IMG/VR virus record: IMGVR_UViG_3300023178_000017
Span: 1-64,000 of that record
Strand: one strand, 5' to 3'
DNA length: 64,000 nt
Source: a virus
The first letter of the stretch is position 1. Each line of letters begins with the position of its first letter. Positions 39,277-47,765 of the stretch are shown here, in pieces. The notes beneath the pieces are model-generated. The model was not told the DNA's origin and made no database searches. It saw nothing but the letters and a program-made list of their open reading frames with translations. A program made the translations under genes and the position numbers.

Positions 39277-40881
39277 TCAAGAGACTTTATTCGCTCTCGC
39301 ATACGCTCTTTCATATACGTCTAACATATTTATATCACTGGTATCCATGTCTTTTATCCATGGGCCACCACGTGTCCAGTGAATTGCTAAAGCATGTGGT
39401 TTGTCTAAATGTGTTTCATATCCTTCAGTTATAATATGTCTAGGTGGTATTCTACTGATCTTGTCTGTCCATTCAAATTGATGTAAATACTTTCCTGACT
39501 CTGTATTCACTACTTCTGGTGTTAACTTCTTACAGTCTTCGTGTGCATTATTGAATACCATAAGACTAGACCACAATTTCTTAGGATAAGAAACATTCTT
39601 TTCGCCATCAAATTTAGTATCACTATGATTTTCGAAATCGTATTGTACACAAGCAATAGCATCTTTTGGGTCTAAGAAATAGAATAGTGGTAGTATAGAC
39701 TTACTAAACAATATGTCATCATCTAAGAAGATACTGAAACCTTCATAATTTTCTAGGTAAGGTATTAAGAATCTACTATATGTAAACTCTGTTGATTGAT
39801 TAGCATACTCTCTAGTGTATTCAGGTATCTTTGATACATCTAGTATCTTAATATTAGGTTGCCAGTCTTTTATAAATTCATACATGTCACCTTTACCAAA
39901 ACCATATTCAATTCCTTTTTGAAGCAACTTAACATTTGTTTCAGCAAGATCACCATGACGACTATCGTAACCCACATAGATTGATATAGGTTTGCCTTTT
40001 GCCATTTTCATAATGTTTTTATTGAAGTCTGTAACTGTACTTCTAAAACCGATATCAGCAAAAGCACTATGCATTTCTATAAAACCCTCTGTATATGTAA
40101 ATGAAAGATGTGTTGGTTTATCTTTCTTTTCAACAAAGGCTTTCCATAATTCAATTACTTGTTCAGCTGATAGAACTTCTGAATCAAATAAATCAAACTT
40201 ATCCCATACAAACATTTCCATATCTGGATCATCTATCATTTCAAATACTGCTGATCTTACAGAACCTGGATGTATTCTAAGAGTGTATCGTTCTTCTTCT
40301 GAAGAAGGTTTGTTCACTACACCTTGGATTGGATTCCAAAGGCCTTCATGTTTGATACTATCAATTAACCAGTGTGCTTTAGCACTGTGATAATAAGTTG
40401 AATTATTGATTTCTAATTGTCTTTCAGTTGGGCCTTCTGCACCAAAAACATATTTTGTATAGTCTGTTATCTTTTGATATTCATCATTTCGGTTTTTGAA
40501 ATCAAAGCCAGAATGACCAGGTATTGGTGTTTCAGGTTTTTCAGTATAACCGTACTGCAAATAATATTGATAGACATATGCTTGATGTTGTAATTGATTA
40601 AACGGTTGTAATTTTGTTGTATCAGAATAATCGTATAATCTTTCGTCTATCAATTTAGAAGCTTCTTTCCATTTAACATGCTTTAGTTTTGGTAATTTAT
40701 TCTTCATCAACCAATCTAAAGACTTATATGCTTCAGTTTCCTTGTAGTCTTTGGATAGTTCGATACTACCAATATGACAATGATCCATGAAAATGACTTC
40801 ATCGCCACTATCTGGCCCAAATGGTGATCTTCTATTTTGAAATGCTTCTTGTACGGCTTCTAAGGTTTCTAATTTTCTCAT
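39277..40881 (-). CDS. Two-domain protein: ParB/Srx-like N-region fused to a GT-A glycosyltransferase
   Basis: LIDSIKHEGLWNPI...IHPGSVR (ParB-like, inferred); IYVGYDSR, STEFTYSRFLIPYL, IFLDDDILF (DxD), YPKKLWSSLMVFN, HWTRGGPW. Confidence 0.75.
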   Translation of the reverse strand: MRKLETLEAVQEAFQNRRSPFGPDSGDEVIFMDHCHIGSIELSKDYKETEAYKSLDWLMKNKLPKLKHVKWKEASKLIDERLYDYSDTTKLQPFNQLQHQAYVYQYYLQYGYTEKPETPIPGHSGFDFKNRNDEYQKITDYTKYVFGAEGPTERQLEINNSTYYHSAKAHWLIDSIKHEGLWNPIQGVVNKPSSEEERYTLRIHPGSVRSAVFEMIDDPDMEMFVWDKFDLFDSEVLSAEQVIELWKAFVEKKDKPTHLSFTYTEGFIEMHSAFADIGFRSTVTDFNKNIMKMAKGKPISIYVGYDSRHGDLAETNVKLLQKGIEYGFGKGDMYEFIKDWQPNIKILDVSKIPEYTREYANQSTEFTYSRFLIPYLENYEGFSIFLDDDILFSKSILPLFYFLDPKDAIACVQYDFENHSDTKFDGEKNVSYPKKLWSSLMVFNNAHEDCKKLTPEVVNTESGKYLHQFEWTDKISRIPPRHIITEGYETHLDKPHALAIHWTRGGPWIKDMDTSDINMLDVYERAYARANKVS

Positions 40882-40910
40882 AATATAAAATATAGTTTAT
40901 TTAACTATAT

Positions 40911-42041
40911 TTATGACGTAATTGGAGATGCTGGCCACTGTTGTGACAATACACCGTCCCAACGATTCACTGGTGTTCTACCTTGTGTAGCGTAAGTACT
41001 TGGTGATCTATGTTGATAGGTAAACGGAGTTCTACCTTGTCTAGAATATGTACTTGGTGATCTATGTTGATAGGTAAACGGAGTTTGACCTTGTCTTGCA
41101 TATGTCACAGGTTGCCTATGTTGATATGTACTTGGCGATTGTGTTATTCTAGGATCTCTGTAAGTACTTGGTGATCTGTGTTGATATGTGCTAGGTACAC
41201 GATATGCTCTAGGATCTCTGTAAGTACTTGGTGATCTATGGTTATACGTGCTAGGTACTCTATAACTTCTTGGATCACGATATGTAGATGGTGATCTGTG
41301 TTGATATGTGCTAGGTACACGATATGATCTTGGGTCTTGATATGTAGACGGCGATCTATGTTGATATGTGCTAGGTACACGATATGATCTAGGATCACGG
41401 TATGTAAATGGCGATCTATGGTTATATGTAAACGGTGACCTATGTTGATACGTAAACGGTGATCTATGTTGATAAGTCGAAGGTTGTCTAGCGCCTCTAA
41501 TATTAGGTTCTTGTGCTGATACAGGGTGTCTGTAACCTGCTGGTTGTTGTGCTGATCTAATATTAGGTTCTTGTGCTGATACAGGGTGTCTATAACCTGC
41601 TGGTTGTCTAGCATTACCAATTACTGGTTGTTGTGCTGATACAGGTGCTCTATATGCTGCTGGTTGTCTAGCATTTCTAATATTAGGTTCTTGTGCTGAT
41701 CTGATATTAGGTTCTTGACCGCTTCTAATATTAGGTTCTTGTGCTGATCTAATATTAGGTTGTTGACCATTCGCAATATAAGGCGACTGGAAAGTAAACG
41801 GTTGCCTTGCGTTATTAGGTTGTTGAGCATTTGCAATATAAGGCGACTGGAAAGTAAACGGTTGCCTTGCGTTATTAGGTTGTCTAGCATTTGCAATATA
41901 AGGTGACTGATATGTAAATGGATTCTGGAATGTAAATGGATTCTGGAATGTAAATGGATTCTGGAAAGTAAAAGGTGTCTGCACAGGAACAGAAGCCTGT
42001 GTAATACCTTGAGCATTTGCTGGATAAAAACCTGTTGCCAT
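40911..42041 (-). CDS. Pro-delimited repeat protein A (antiparallel partner of 42053..43828)
   Basis: Residues 23-356 are 47 segments of 6, 8 or 10 aa, each starting with Pro. Confidence 0.9.
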   Translation of the reverse strand: MATGFYPANAQGITQASVPVQTPFTFQNPFTFQNPFTFQNPFTYQSPYIANARQPNNARQPFTFQSPYIANAQQPNNARQPFTFQSPYIANGQQPNIRSAQEPNIRSGQEPNIRSAQEPNIRNARQPAAYRAPVSAQQPVIGNARQPAGYRHPVSAQEPNIRSAQQPAGYRHPVSAQEPNIRGARQPSTYQHRSPFTYQHRSPFTYNHRSPFTYRDPRSYRVPSTYQHRSPSTYQDPRSYRVPSTYQHRSPSTYRDPRSYRVPSTYNHRSPSTYRDPRAYRVPSTYQHRSPSTYRDPRITQSPSTYQHRQPVTYARQGQTPFTYQHRSPSTYSRQGRTPFTYQHRSPSTYATQGRTPVNRWDGVLSQQWPASPITS

Positions 42042-43666
42042 TTTACTTTAGATTACTTAGGTGATGGTTTAAAGAAGAAGAAGTTGTGAGCTAATACACC
42101 ATTTGCAAAGAAATTGTGATTGTCGCCAACGTTCTTCAAGTTATACACCTGTTGTGAATCTTTCTCCTCTATTTTAATTATTTCTAGTCCTATTTCTGTA
42201 CCTAGTACAGCATCTGTCATGGTCATCAAATGATCACCGACTGCGATTTCTGAATTTACAAATTCATCTCCACCTTCTTCTTTGTGGAATTCTTTAAATT
42301 TCTCTAAGTTGATAACACCCCATTCACCATTCATTGTTCTAAATGGATGTTCTGAAGTTGTTTCAAGTATTCTACCGTCTGATAAATGTATCTCATGTAT
42401 TGATACTTCTCTTGGTTGCATCAACTCTTCGACTACACCGATCTCTAATTTATTTGTCTCTTCGTTCCAAGTCATTACGTCTTGACCAACTTCTACTGTT
42501 TCAATTGGTACATGACTGCCATCGCCCAACCATATCATTGTGCCGGCAACAAAACATCCTTTGCCACCTCCAGGAATGTTACCAGGTATTGGACCAAACG
42601 GTTGATAGAAGTACACTGCTGGGAAGATAAATGGATATCTTGCTGTTTGTTGTGTAGTACTTGGTTGCCTTGCGTTATTTGGTTGCCTTGCGTTGTTTGG
42701 TTGCCTTGCGTTATTAGGTTGTCTAGCAGCAACTGGTTGTCTTGCCTGATACGTAAACGGCGCACGGAATGTAAATGGAGTCCTTGCGTTATTAGGTTGT
42801 CTTGCCTGATACGTAAACGGCGCACGGAATGTAAATGGAGTCCTTGCGTTATTAGGTTGTCTTGCCTGATACGTAAACGGCGATCTATGGTTATACGTAA
42901 ACGGTGATCTGTGGTTATATGTAAACGGTGATCTGTGGTTATACGTATACGGTGATCTATGTTGATACGTAAATGGCACCCTATATGATCTTGGATCACG
43001 GTATGTAAATGGTGATCTGTACGCATACGTAAACGGTATCTGATATGATCTTGGATCACGGTATGTAAATGGTGATCTATGTTGATACGTAAATGGCACC
43101 CTATATGATCTTGGGTCTCTATATGTAAATGGTGACCTATGTTGATACGTAAACGGTGTTTGTGCGTTTCTGATATTTGGTTCTTGTGCAGACCTAATAT
43201 TTGGTTCTTGACCGCTTCTAATATTAGGCTCTTGAGCAGCAACTGGATGTTGATAAGATGCTGGTGTTTGTCTATTTCTTATAAACGGAGTCTGAGCACT
43301 TACAGGGTGATTATACCCAGCTGGTGTTTGTGCGTTTCTGATAAACGGATTCTGTGCATTAACAGGATGTTGATAAGAAGCAGGTTGTTGTGCGTTTCTG
43401 ATAAACGGATTCTGTGCATTTACTGGATGTCTATAGAATGCTGGTGTTTGTCTATTTCTTATAAACGGATTCTGTGCATTAACAGGATGTCTATATGATA
43501 CAGAGTTTTGTGCATTCGCAATATAAGGCGATTGAGCATTCGCAATATAAGGATACGGCTGTTGTGCATCTCTTATAAATGGATTCTGTCTATTAGCAAT
43601 ATAAGGATACGGCTGTTGTGCATCTCTTATAAATGGATTCTGTCTATTAGCAATATAAGGATATGG
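40974..43666 (-). repeat. Coding tandem repeats (18/24/54/60 bp periods) of proteins A and B
   Basis: Near-exact 60 bp duplications at about 41770-41900 and 42735-42880; 54 bp duplications at about 40990-41090 and 43540-43665. Confidence 0.9.
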
Positions 43667-43828
43667 TTGTTGTGTAGGTTGTTGACCTGATGCGTTATTC
43701 CACCCACTAGGAGTTTTAATGTAAATTTGATCTACATCTTTCCAAGTGTTTGAAGCAGTTTTAACCCATGCACCTTGGGTTGAATTCCAACCTGAGGGGG
43801 TTTTTACTTTCTGTGAGCCTGTCGCCAT
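42053..43828 (-). CDS. Pro-delimited repeat protein B with N-terminal docking-like motif and C-terminal Hint domain
   Basis: N-terminal WVKT..WKDVDQIYIKT..GW; residues 55-388 form 47 segments; Hint domain from Cys425. Confidence 0.9.
   Translation of the reverse strand: MATGSQKVKTPSGWNSTQGAWVKTASNTWKDVDQIYIKTPSGWNNASGQQPTQQPYPYIANRQNPFIRDAQQPYPYIANRQNPFIRDAQQPYPYIANAQSPYIANAQNSVSYRHPVNAQNPFIRNRQTPAFYRHPVNAQNPFIRNAQQPASYQHPVNAQNPFIRNAQTPAGYNHPVSAQTPFIRNRQTPASYQHPVAAQEPNIRSGQEPNIRSAQEPNIRNAQTPFTYQHRSPFTYRDPRSYRVPFTYQHRSPFTYRDPRSYQIPFTYAYRSPFTYRDPRSYRVPFTYQHRSPYTYNHRSPFTYNHRSPFTYNHRSPFTYQARQPNNARTPFTFRAPFTYQARQPNNARTPFTFRAPFTYQARQPVAARQPNNARQPNNARQPNNARQPSTTQQTARYPFIFPAVYFYQPFGPIPGNIPGGGKGCFVAGTMIWLGDGSHVPIETVEVGQDVMTWNEETNKLEIGVVEELMQPREVSIHEIHLSDGRILETTSEHPFRTMNGEWGVINLEKFKEFHKEEGGDEFVNSEIAVGDHLMTMTDAVLGTEIGLEIIKIEEKDSQQVYNLKNVGDNHNFFANGVLAHNFFFFKPSPK
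42083..42556 (-). other. Hint (bacterial intein-like) autoprocessing domain
   Basis: CFVAGT.I start, TTSEHPF block B, VYNL...HNFFANGVLAHN end; +1 residue is Phe; no endonuclease domain. Confidence 0.9.
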
Positions 43829-43861
43829 TTAATCCTTTCTCGCTTTTTATCTATTTATCAA

Positions 43862-46159
43862 TTATGAATAAAGAATCCATAGATCACCAACTGCTCCGTC
43901 ACCTGAAGTAGGTGCAGAAGTTGATTGATATATGTTTCTCGCAACACCACCACTATTTGAAGCGTATGATGTTGAAATTTGTGATGCTCTAAAGTTTGCG
44001 TCTGTTAATGTTAACGAACCTGTAGAAGCACCAGTTGCAGTTGTTGTAGCAACTACAAACTCATCAGCACTTTCGTCCCAACCCATAAATGCGTTGTCGC
44101 CAGTTGAACCTCTTTCTAACACAAGACCAAGGTCATTTGAGTTAGCACCTGTGTTACCAGACCCTAATTCAATCAATGCATCACTGATTGTTGTATTTGT
44201 AGAATCTACAGTTGATGTAGTACCATTAACTGTTAGGTTACCAGATAATGTTAAGTTACCAAATTGTACGTTACTTGTTGTAGCAACTGCCTGACCAATA
44301 CTTATTTCACCTGAACTAATTGAGACACCAGTTCCTGCACTAATATGACTTCTAACTTCTGAAGCGCTTGGGCCAGTATATGTGATTACACCAGTAGATG
44401 AATTGTATGCTAAACTTCCATCACCACCTGAATCAGTAACAGAGATTGAACCTCTTGCATCTGAATCAGCATATTGTGTAATTGTTGTTGCAAGTGTTAA
44501 GGTACCATTTACATCATCGTATGTTGATGTGATGCCTGTACCTGCTGTTACTAAAGCATTTACTCTGTCATCAACTCTTTCGTCTGTGAAGTATAAGTTT
44601 GATGAACCTTCTGTTAACGAATCTGTATCTGGTAATAATGCATTAACTCTAGCATCTGCTCTAGCGTTTGTAAAGTAAAGGTTTGAACCTTCTGAAATAT
44701 GAGCAGTTGTTGAAGGTATTGTAATAGCACCTGTACTTGAATCATATGCACCTGCACCAGAGTTTGTACTTAGAGATGCTCTTGCTCTAGCATCTGTATA
44801 GAATAAGTTTGTTGAACCTTCTGTAATGTCATCTGAATCACCACTTAGTTCACTTAATGCATCTGCTGTATCTACTTGTGCATCAACATAAGTTTTGACT
44901 GCTAACTGAGAAGGTACTAAAGTATCTGAAGCACTACCAAAATTAACATCTGTATCGATTGCATTTTGAACTCTAGCGTCTGCTCTTGCATTTGTAAAGT
45001 ATAAGTTTGTAGAGCCTTCTGTTATTTCATCTGTATTGTCTTTACTTGCGACTTGTGAATCTACATATGCTTTAACTGATTGTTGAGAAGGTATTCTTGT
45101 TTCACTATTAGACACCATATTATCTTCATCGATAAGAGCTGCTGTGATTCTAGCATCTGCTCTAGCGTCAGTGAAATATAAGTTTGAACCTTCTGCTAAA
45201 TCACCAGTGTCATGGTTAGCAATACTAGTAACTGTACCAGTTACGTTACCAGTTAAGTTTCCTTCGAATGTTCCTGCAACAAAAGTTTCTGAACCGACTG
45301 TCCATTTATCGTTGGTCTCATCCCATAAGAATGTTTTTGCAGTTGAACTACCTCTAGTTACACTCAAACCAGCATCTTCTGTTGGTGAACCTGAAGTAAA
45401 GTTACTGTTTAATGCGATTGTGTTGTCTGCAAGGTTAATTGTCTCTGAGTTTACAGTTGTTGTTGTACCTGAAACTGTTAGTGAACCTGAGATTGTAACA
45501 TCATCGTTAAGTGAAATAACACCATTTCCGTTACCACTCAATACTAAGTTAGTATCAGCTGATCTGGACACGATTTGATCAACTGCAATATTGTTACTAA
45601 ATGTGATGTTGTTTCCTGCACTGTTGGTAATATTGTTACCGTCTTCGATTTGAACTGGACCTTTAAGTGCAATAACACCTGATCCTGTTGCATCTAACTC
45701 TAAATCACCAGAACCACTTGTCTGTATAGACATGTTTTGGTTAGAGTCAGCACTAAAGACGATTGTACCTGAGTCATCTGAAATAACCTGTTGTCCGTTA
45801 ACATATAAAGAACCAGGTCCAACGTATACGTCTTTCCATGTTCTACTTGATGAACCTAAGTCGTATGTGTTATCTGCGCTTGGTATGATGTTACCTGCAA
45901 ATGTACCACCACCTAAGTATGATAATACATCTGAGTCGCCGTATTGGGCTGCACCTGCGATTGTTAGTGTGTTAGCAGAATCATCGTATGTTAATGTGAT
46001 GCCTGTACCTGCTGTTAAAAGTTGAGCGACTCTATCGTCTACTGACTCATCTAATGCTGATGCTGAAATTGAACCAACGTATGATCCAGAAGAGCTAATA
46101 ACCTCTGTTCCACCGATTGACAGGCCGTTTTTAATATTAAAATTCTTTTCCCCTGCCAT
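43862..46159 (-). CDS. Tail fibre-like virion protein
   Basis: Five D.(L/I).EGS.NL(Y/F).T..R repeats, GNLTVNGTT motifs, C-terminal SAPTSGDGAVGDLW. Confidence 0.8.
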   Translation of the reverse strand: MAGEKNFNIKNGLSIGGTEVISSSGSYVGSISASALDESVDDRVAQLLTAGTGITLTYDDSANTLTIAGAAQYGDSDVLSYLGGGTFAGNIIPSADNTYDLGSSSRTWKDVYVGPGSLYVNGQQVISDDSGTIVFSADSNQNMSIQTSGSGDLELDATGSGVIALKGPVQIEDGNNITNSAGNNITFSNNIAVDQIVSRSADTNLVLSGNGNGVISLNDDVTISGSLTVSGTTTTVNSETINLADNTIALNSNFTSGSPTEDAGLSVTRGSSTAKTFLWDETNDKWTVGSETFVAGTFEGNLTGNVTGTVTSIANHDTGDLAEGSNLYFTDARADARITAALIDEDNMVSNSETRIPSQQSVKAYVDSQVASKDNTDEITEGSTNLYFTNARADARVQNAIDTDVNFGSASDTLVPSQLAVKTYVDAQVDTADALSELSGDSDDITEGSTNLFYTDARARASLSTNSGAGAYDSSTGAITIPSTTAHISEGSNLYFTNARADARVNALLPDTDSLTEGSSNLYFTDERVDDRVNALVTAGTGITSTYDDVNGTLTLATTITQYADSDARGSISVTDSGGDGSLAYNSSTGVITYTGPSASEVRSHISAGTGVSISSGEISIGQAVATTSNVQFGNLTLSGNLTVNGTTSTVDSTNTTISDALIELGSGNTGANSNDLGLVLERGSTGDNAFMGWDESADEFVVATTTATGASTGSLTLTDANFRASQISTSYASNSGGVARNIYQSTSAPTSGDGAVGDLWILYS

Positions 46160-46419
46160 TAGATAGTACCTCCGTCAACTTGCGGTAATGAAAACTCACC
46201 CGTTGATGAGTTATAAGATAAATTCGTTTCTCCAGATGCTAATGAAATAGCACCTCTTGCTTTTGCGTTAGTAAAATATTGATTCGTTGCACCTTCTGTG
46301 ATGTCATCTGAGTCTAGTGCGGATACTGATCCAGCGGTAATTTTACCAGCACTAGTTATGACCTCTGTAGAACCGATGTTTAATCCGTATTCTATAACAA
46401 AATTATTTTGTGTTGCCAT
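46159..46419 (-). CDS. Small virion fibre-associated protein
   Basis: N-terminus paralogous to 43862..46159 (NF.I..GL.IG.TEVI.S.G); one EG.TN.YFT repeat; ends DGGTI. Confidence 0.7.
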   Translation of the reverse strand: MATQNNFVIEYGLNIGSTEVITSAGKITAGSVSALDSDDITEGATNQYFTNAKARGAISLASGETNLSYNSSTGEFSLPQVDGGTI

Positions 46420-46507
46420 GGTTAGTGTGTCCTAATTGAGTGTATACAGTATTATTTAGTAGAGATTACTCTTCAAAAAGGTGGTTTAAACAAAATTTAA
46501 ACAAAAA

Positions 46508-47248
46508 TCATACTTTAATTAATTGACGTGACCATTTGAATACAGTCGAGTTTGCAGAAGCAGGTGTAATCTTTAAAACTACATTACCACTTTCAACTGC
46601 AACTGATACTGAATACAACGAACTATTTGTAACTATCTCAGCGTATTGTGTAAAGTAAGCAGTTGAACCGTCATGAATTACAACAACTTCAGATGTGTGA
46701 TAGTTTGTACCCTCTGTTGCTTGTAAAATATACTTAGCACTTCGATAATTTGATAAAGAAAACGAATCTAAGTCTGTTTCCGATGTTGTAGTGGTTGTTG
46801 TACCTGTATTACTATCAACAACCAAACTATCGATTGTTAATGTGTCTGAAGCAGTGATAGTAGTGCATGTTAAATCACCAACTTCTAAAGCTGCTTTAGC
46901 GTAACCTGTGCCTGAAGTGTTAACTGTTGTAGTAGGTTCTACTTCTAAACCGTCAAATAATTTCCATGTAGAATCACTAGCATCTCTAAAAAGACCTGTG
47001 AACTCATTGCCGCTGTCTGATAAACCATCATCGTAGTTACCATATAACCCTATGTCAACTGTATCTGAACTCGTGTTTGAGTTCGCAAGTTCGATCATTG
47101 AGTCTATAACAGACGTGGTTGTACTGTTAACGGTAGTTTGTGTACCATTAACTGTTAAATTGCCTGTGATTGTCGCATCGCCATCGACCAACAGGTCTTG
47201 ACCTGTTTCTAGTCCTATGTCTGCATAAAATTTTGATTTTGTTGCCAT
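46508..47248 (-). CDS. Virion structural protein (fibre segment plus shared C-terminal beta domain)
   Basis: [15 protein letters not shown]; C-terminal LDSF...YRSAKY...YHTSEV..IHDGS...TQY. Confidence 0.7.
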   Translation of the reverse strand: MATKSKFYADIGLETGQDLLVDGDATITGNLTVNGTQTTVNSTTTSVIDSMIELANSNTSSDTVDIGLYGNYDDGLSDSGNEFTGLFRDASDSTWKLFDGLEVEPTTTVNTSGTGYAKAALEVGDLTCTTITASDTLTIDSLVVDSNTGTTTTTTSETDLDSFSLSNYRSAKYILQATEGTNYHTSEVVVIHDGSTAYFTQYAEIVTNSSLYSVSVAVESGNVVLKITPASANSTVFKWSRQLIKV

Positions 47249-47297
47249 AATAATCTCAAAAATATATTCTCAGTACTATTTATGACTTTTTGGAAGT

Positions 47298-47324
47298 AAA
47301 AGAAAGGGGATCATGTGATCCCCT
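47298..47324 (-). terminator. Intrinsic terminator
   Basis: AGGGGATCA-tg-TGATCCCCT with a U-rich tail on the minus strand. Confidence 0.7.
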
Positions 47325-47344
47325 CTCAAGAAAGTTGCTTAGTT

Positions 47345-47755
47345 CTAAGCGCCTACTAAAGTCCTGTGGAATTTAATAGTTGTACTGTTTGCTGAGGCAG
47401 GTGTAATTCTGAGTCTCAAGTCGGAACCATTAATGTCAGCATCGAATGATGCAACACTAGTGTTTTTCAATGTACCGTATTGAGTCATGGTTACTGCGCT
47501 TCCGTCATGTACTAATACTATCTCAGTTGAATGATAGTTAGAACCTTCTGACATTGCAATAACATATCTAGCAGCTCTAAAGTCAGCATGGGCAAAAGTG
47601 TCCAAGTCGACTTGAGATGTAGATGTTGTTGTTAATGCTGTAGACGTTCTATGTTTAGTATCCAACTCTTTAGAAGTAGTGATGACATCATTAGATGAAT
47701 CGTAAGACAATACTCTAATTAACTCAGCGACTTTAAATGCATTTGTTTTAGCCAT
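47345..47755 (-). CDS. Virion structural protein (shared beta domain)
   Basis: LDTF...FRAARY...YHSTEIVLVHDGS...TQYG...ITPASANST. Confidence 0.7.
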   Translation of the reverse strand: MAKTNAFKVAELIRVLSYDSSNDVITTSKELDTKHRTSTALTTTSTSQVDLDTFAHADFRAARYVIAMSEGSNYHSTEIVLVHDGSAVTMTQYGTLKNTSVASFDADINGSDLRLRITPASANSTTIKFHRTLVGA

Positions 47756-47765
47756 TGTCTACTCC

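Noticed and set aside
40911-42041. Each repeat protein folding back on itself as an intramolecular hairpin
   Set aside because: The best self-register I found for A (segment 24 with 27) holds for 10 segment pairs, then breaks (8 versus 6) and leaves the IG variant without its AY partner. The A/B register holds for all 47.
40911-42041. Multi-core RiPP precursor
   Set aside because: Considered because of the neighbouring oxygenases. There is no leader/protease-site pattern and no adjacent peptidase or transporter, and cross-gene complementarity plus the fibre context fit a structural role better. Not fully excluded.
42083-42556. Mobile intein
   Set aside because: No homing endonuclease, no +1 Cys/Ser/Thr, and not inserted in a conserved enzyme; better treated as a BIL-type Hint domain.
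40974-43666. CRISPR array or DGR template/variable repeats
   Set aside because: The repeats are in-frame coding units with synonymous variation and no unique spacers; there are no cas genes and no reverse transcriptase in the window.
41144-43690. Alternative-frame ORFs (41144..41620, 41621..42016, 42535..43242 and plus-strand ORFs)
   Set aside because: Shadow frames kept open by the repeat periodicity; no independent start signals seen.
40911-43828. Mirror symmetry explained by a DNA inverted repeat or sense/antisense coding
   Set aside because: Both genes are on the same strand and facing units are not reverse complements (CCATTTACATTCCAGAAT versus CCTAATAACGCAAGGCAA). The symmetry exists only at the protein segment level.
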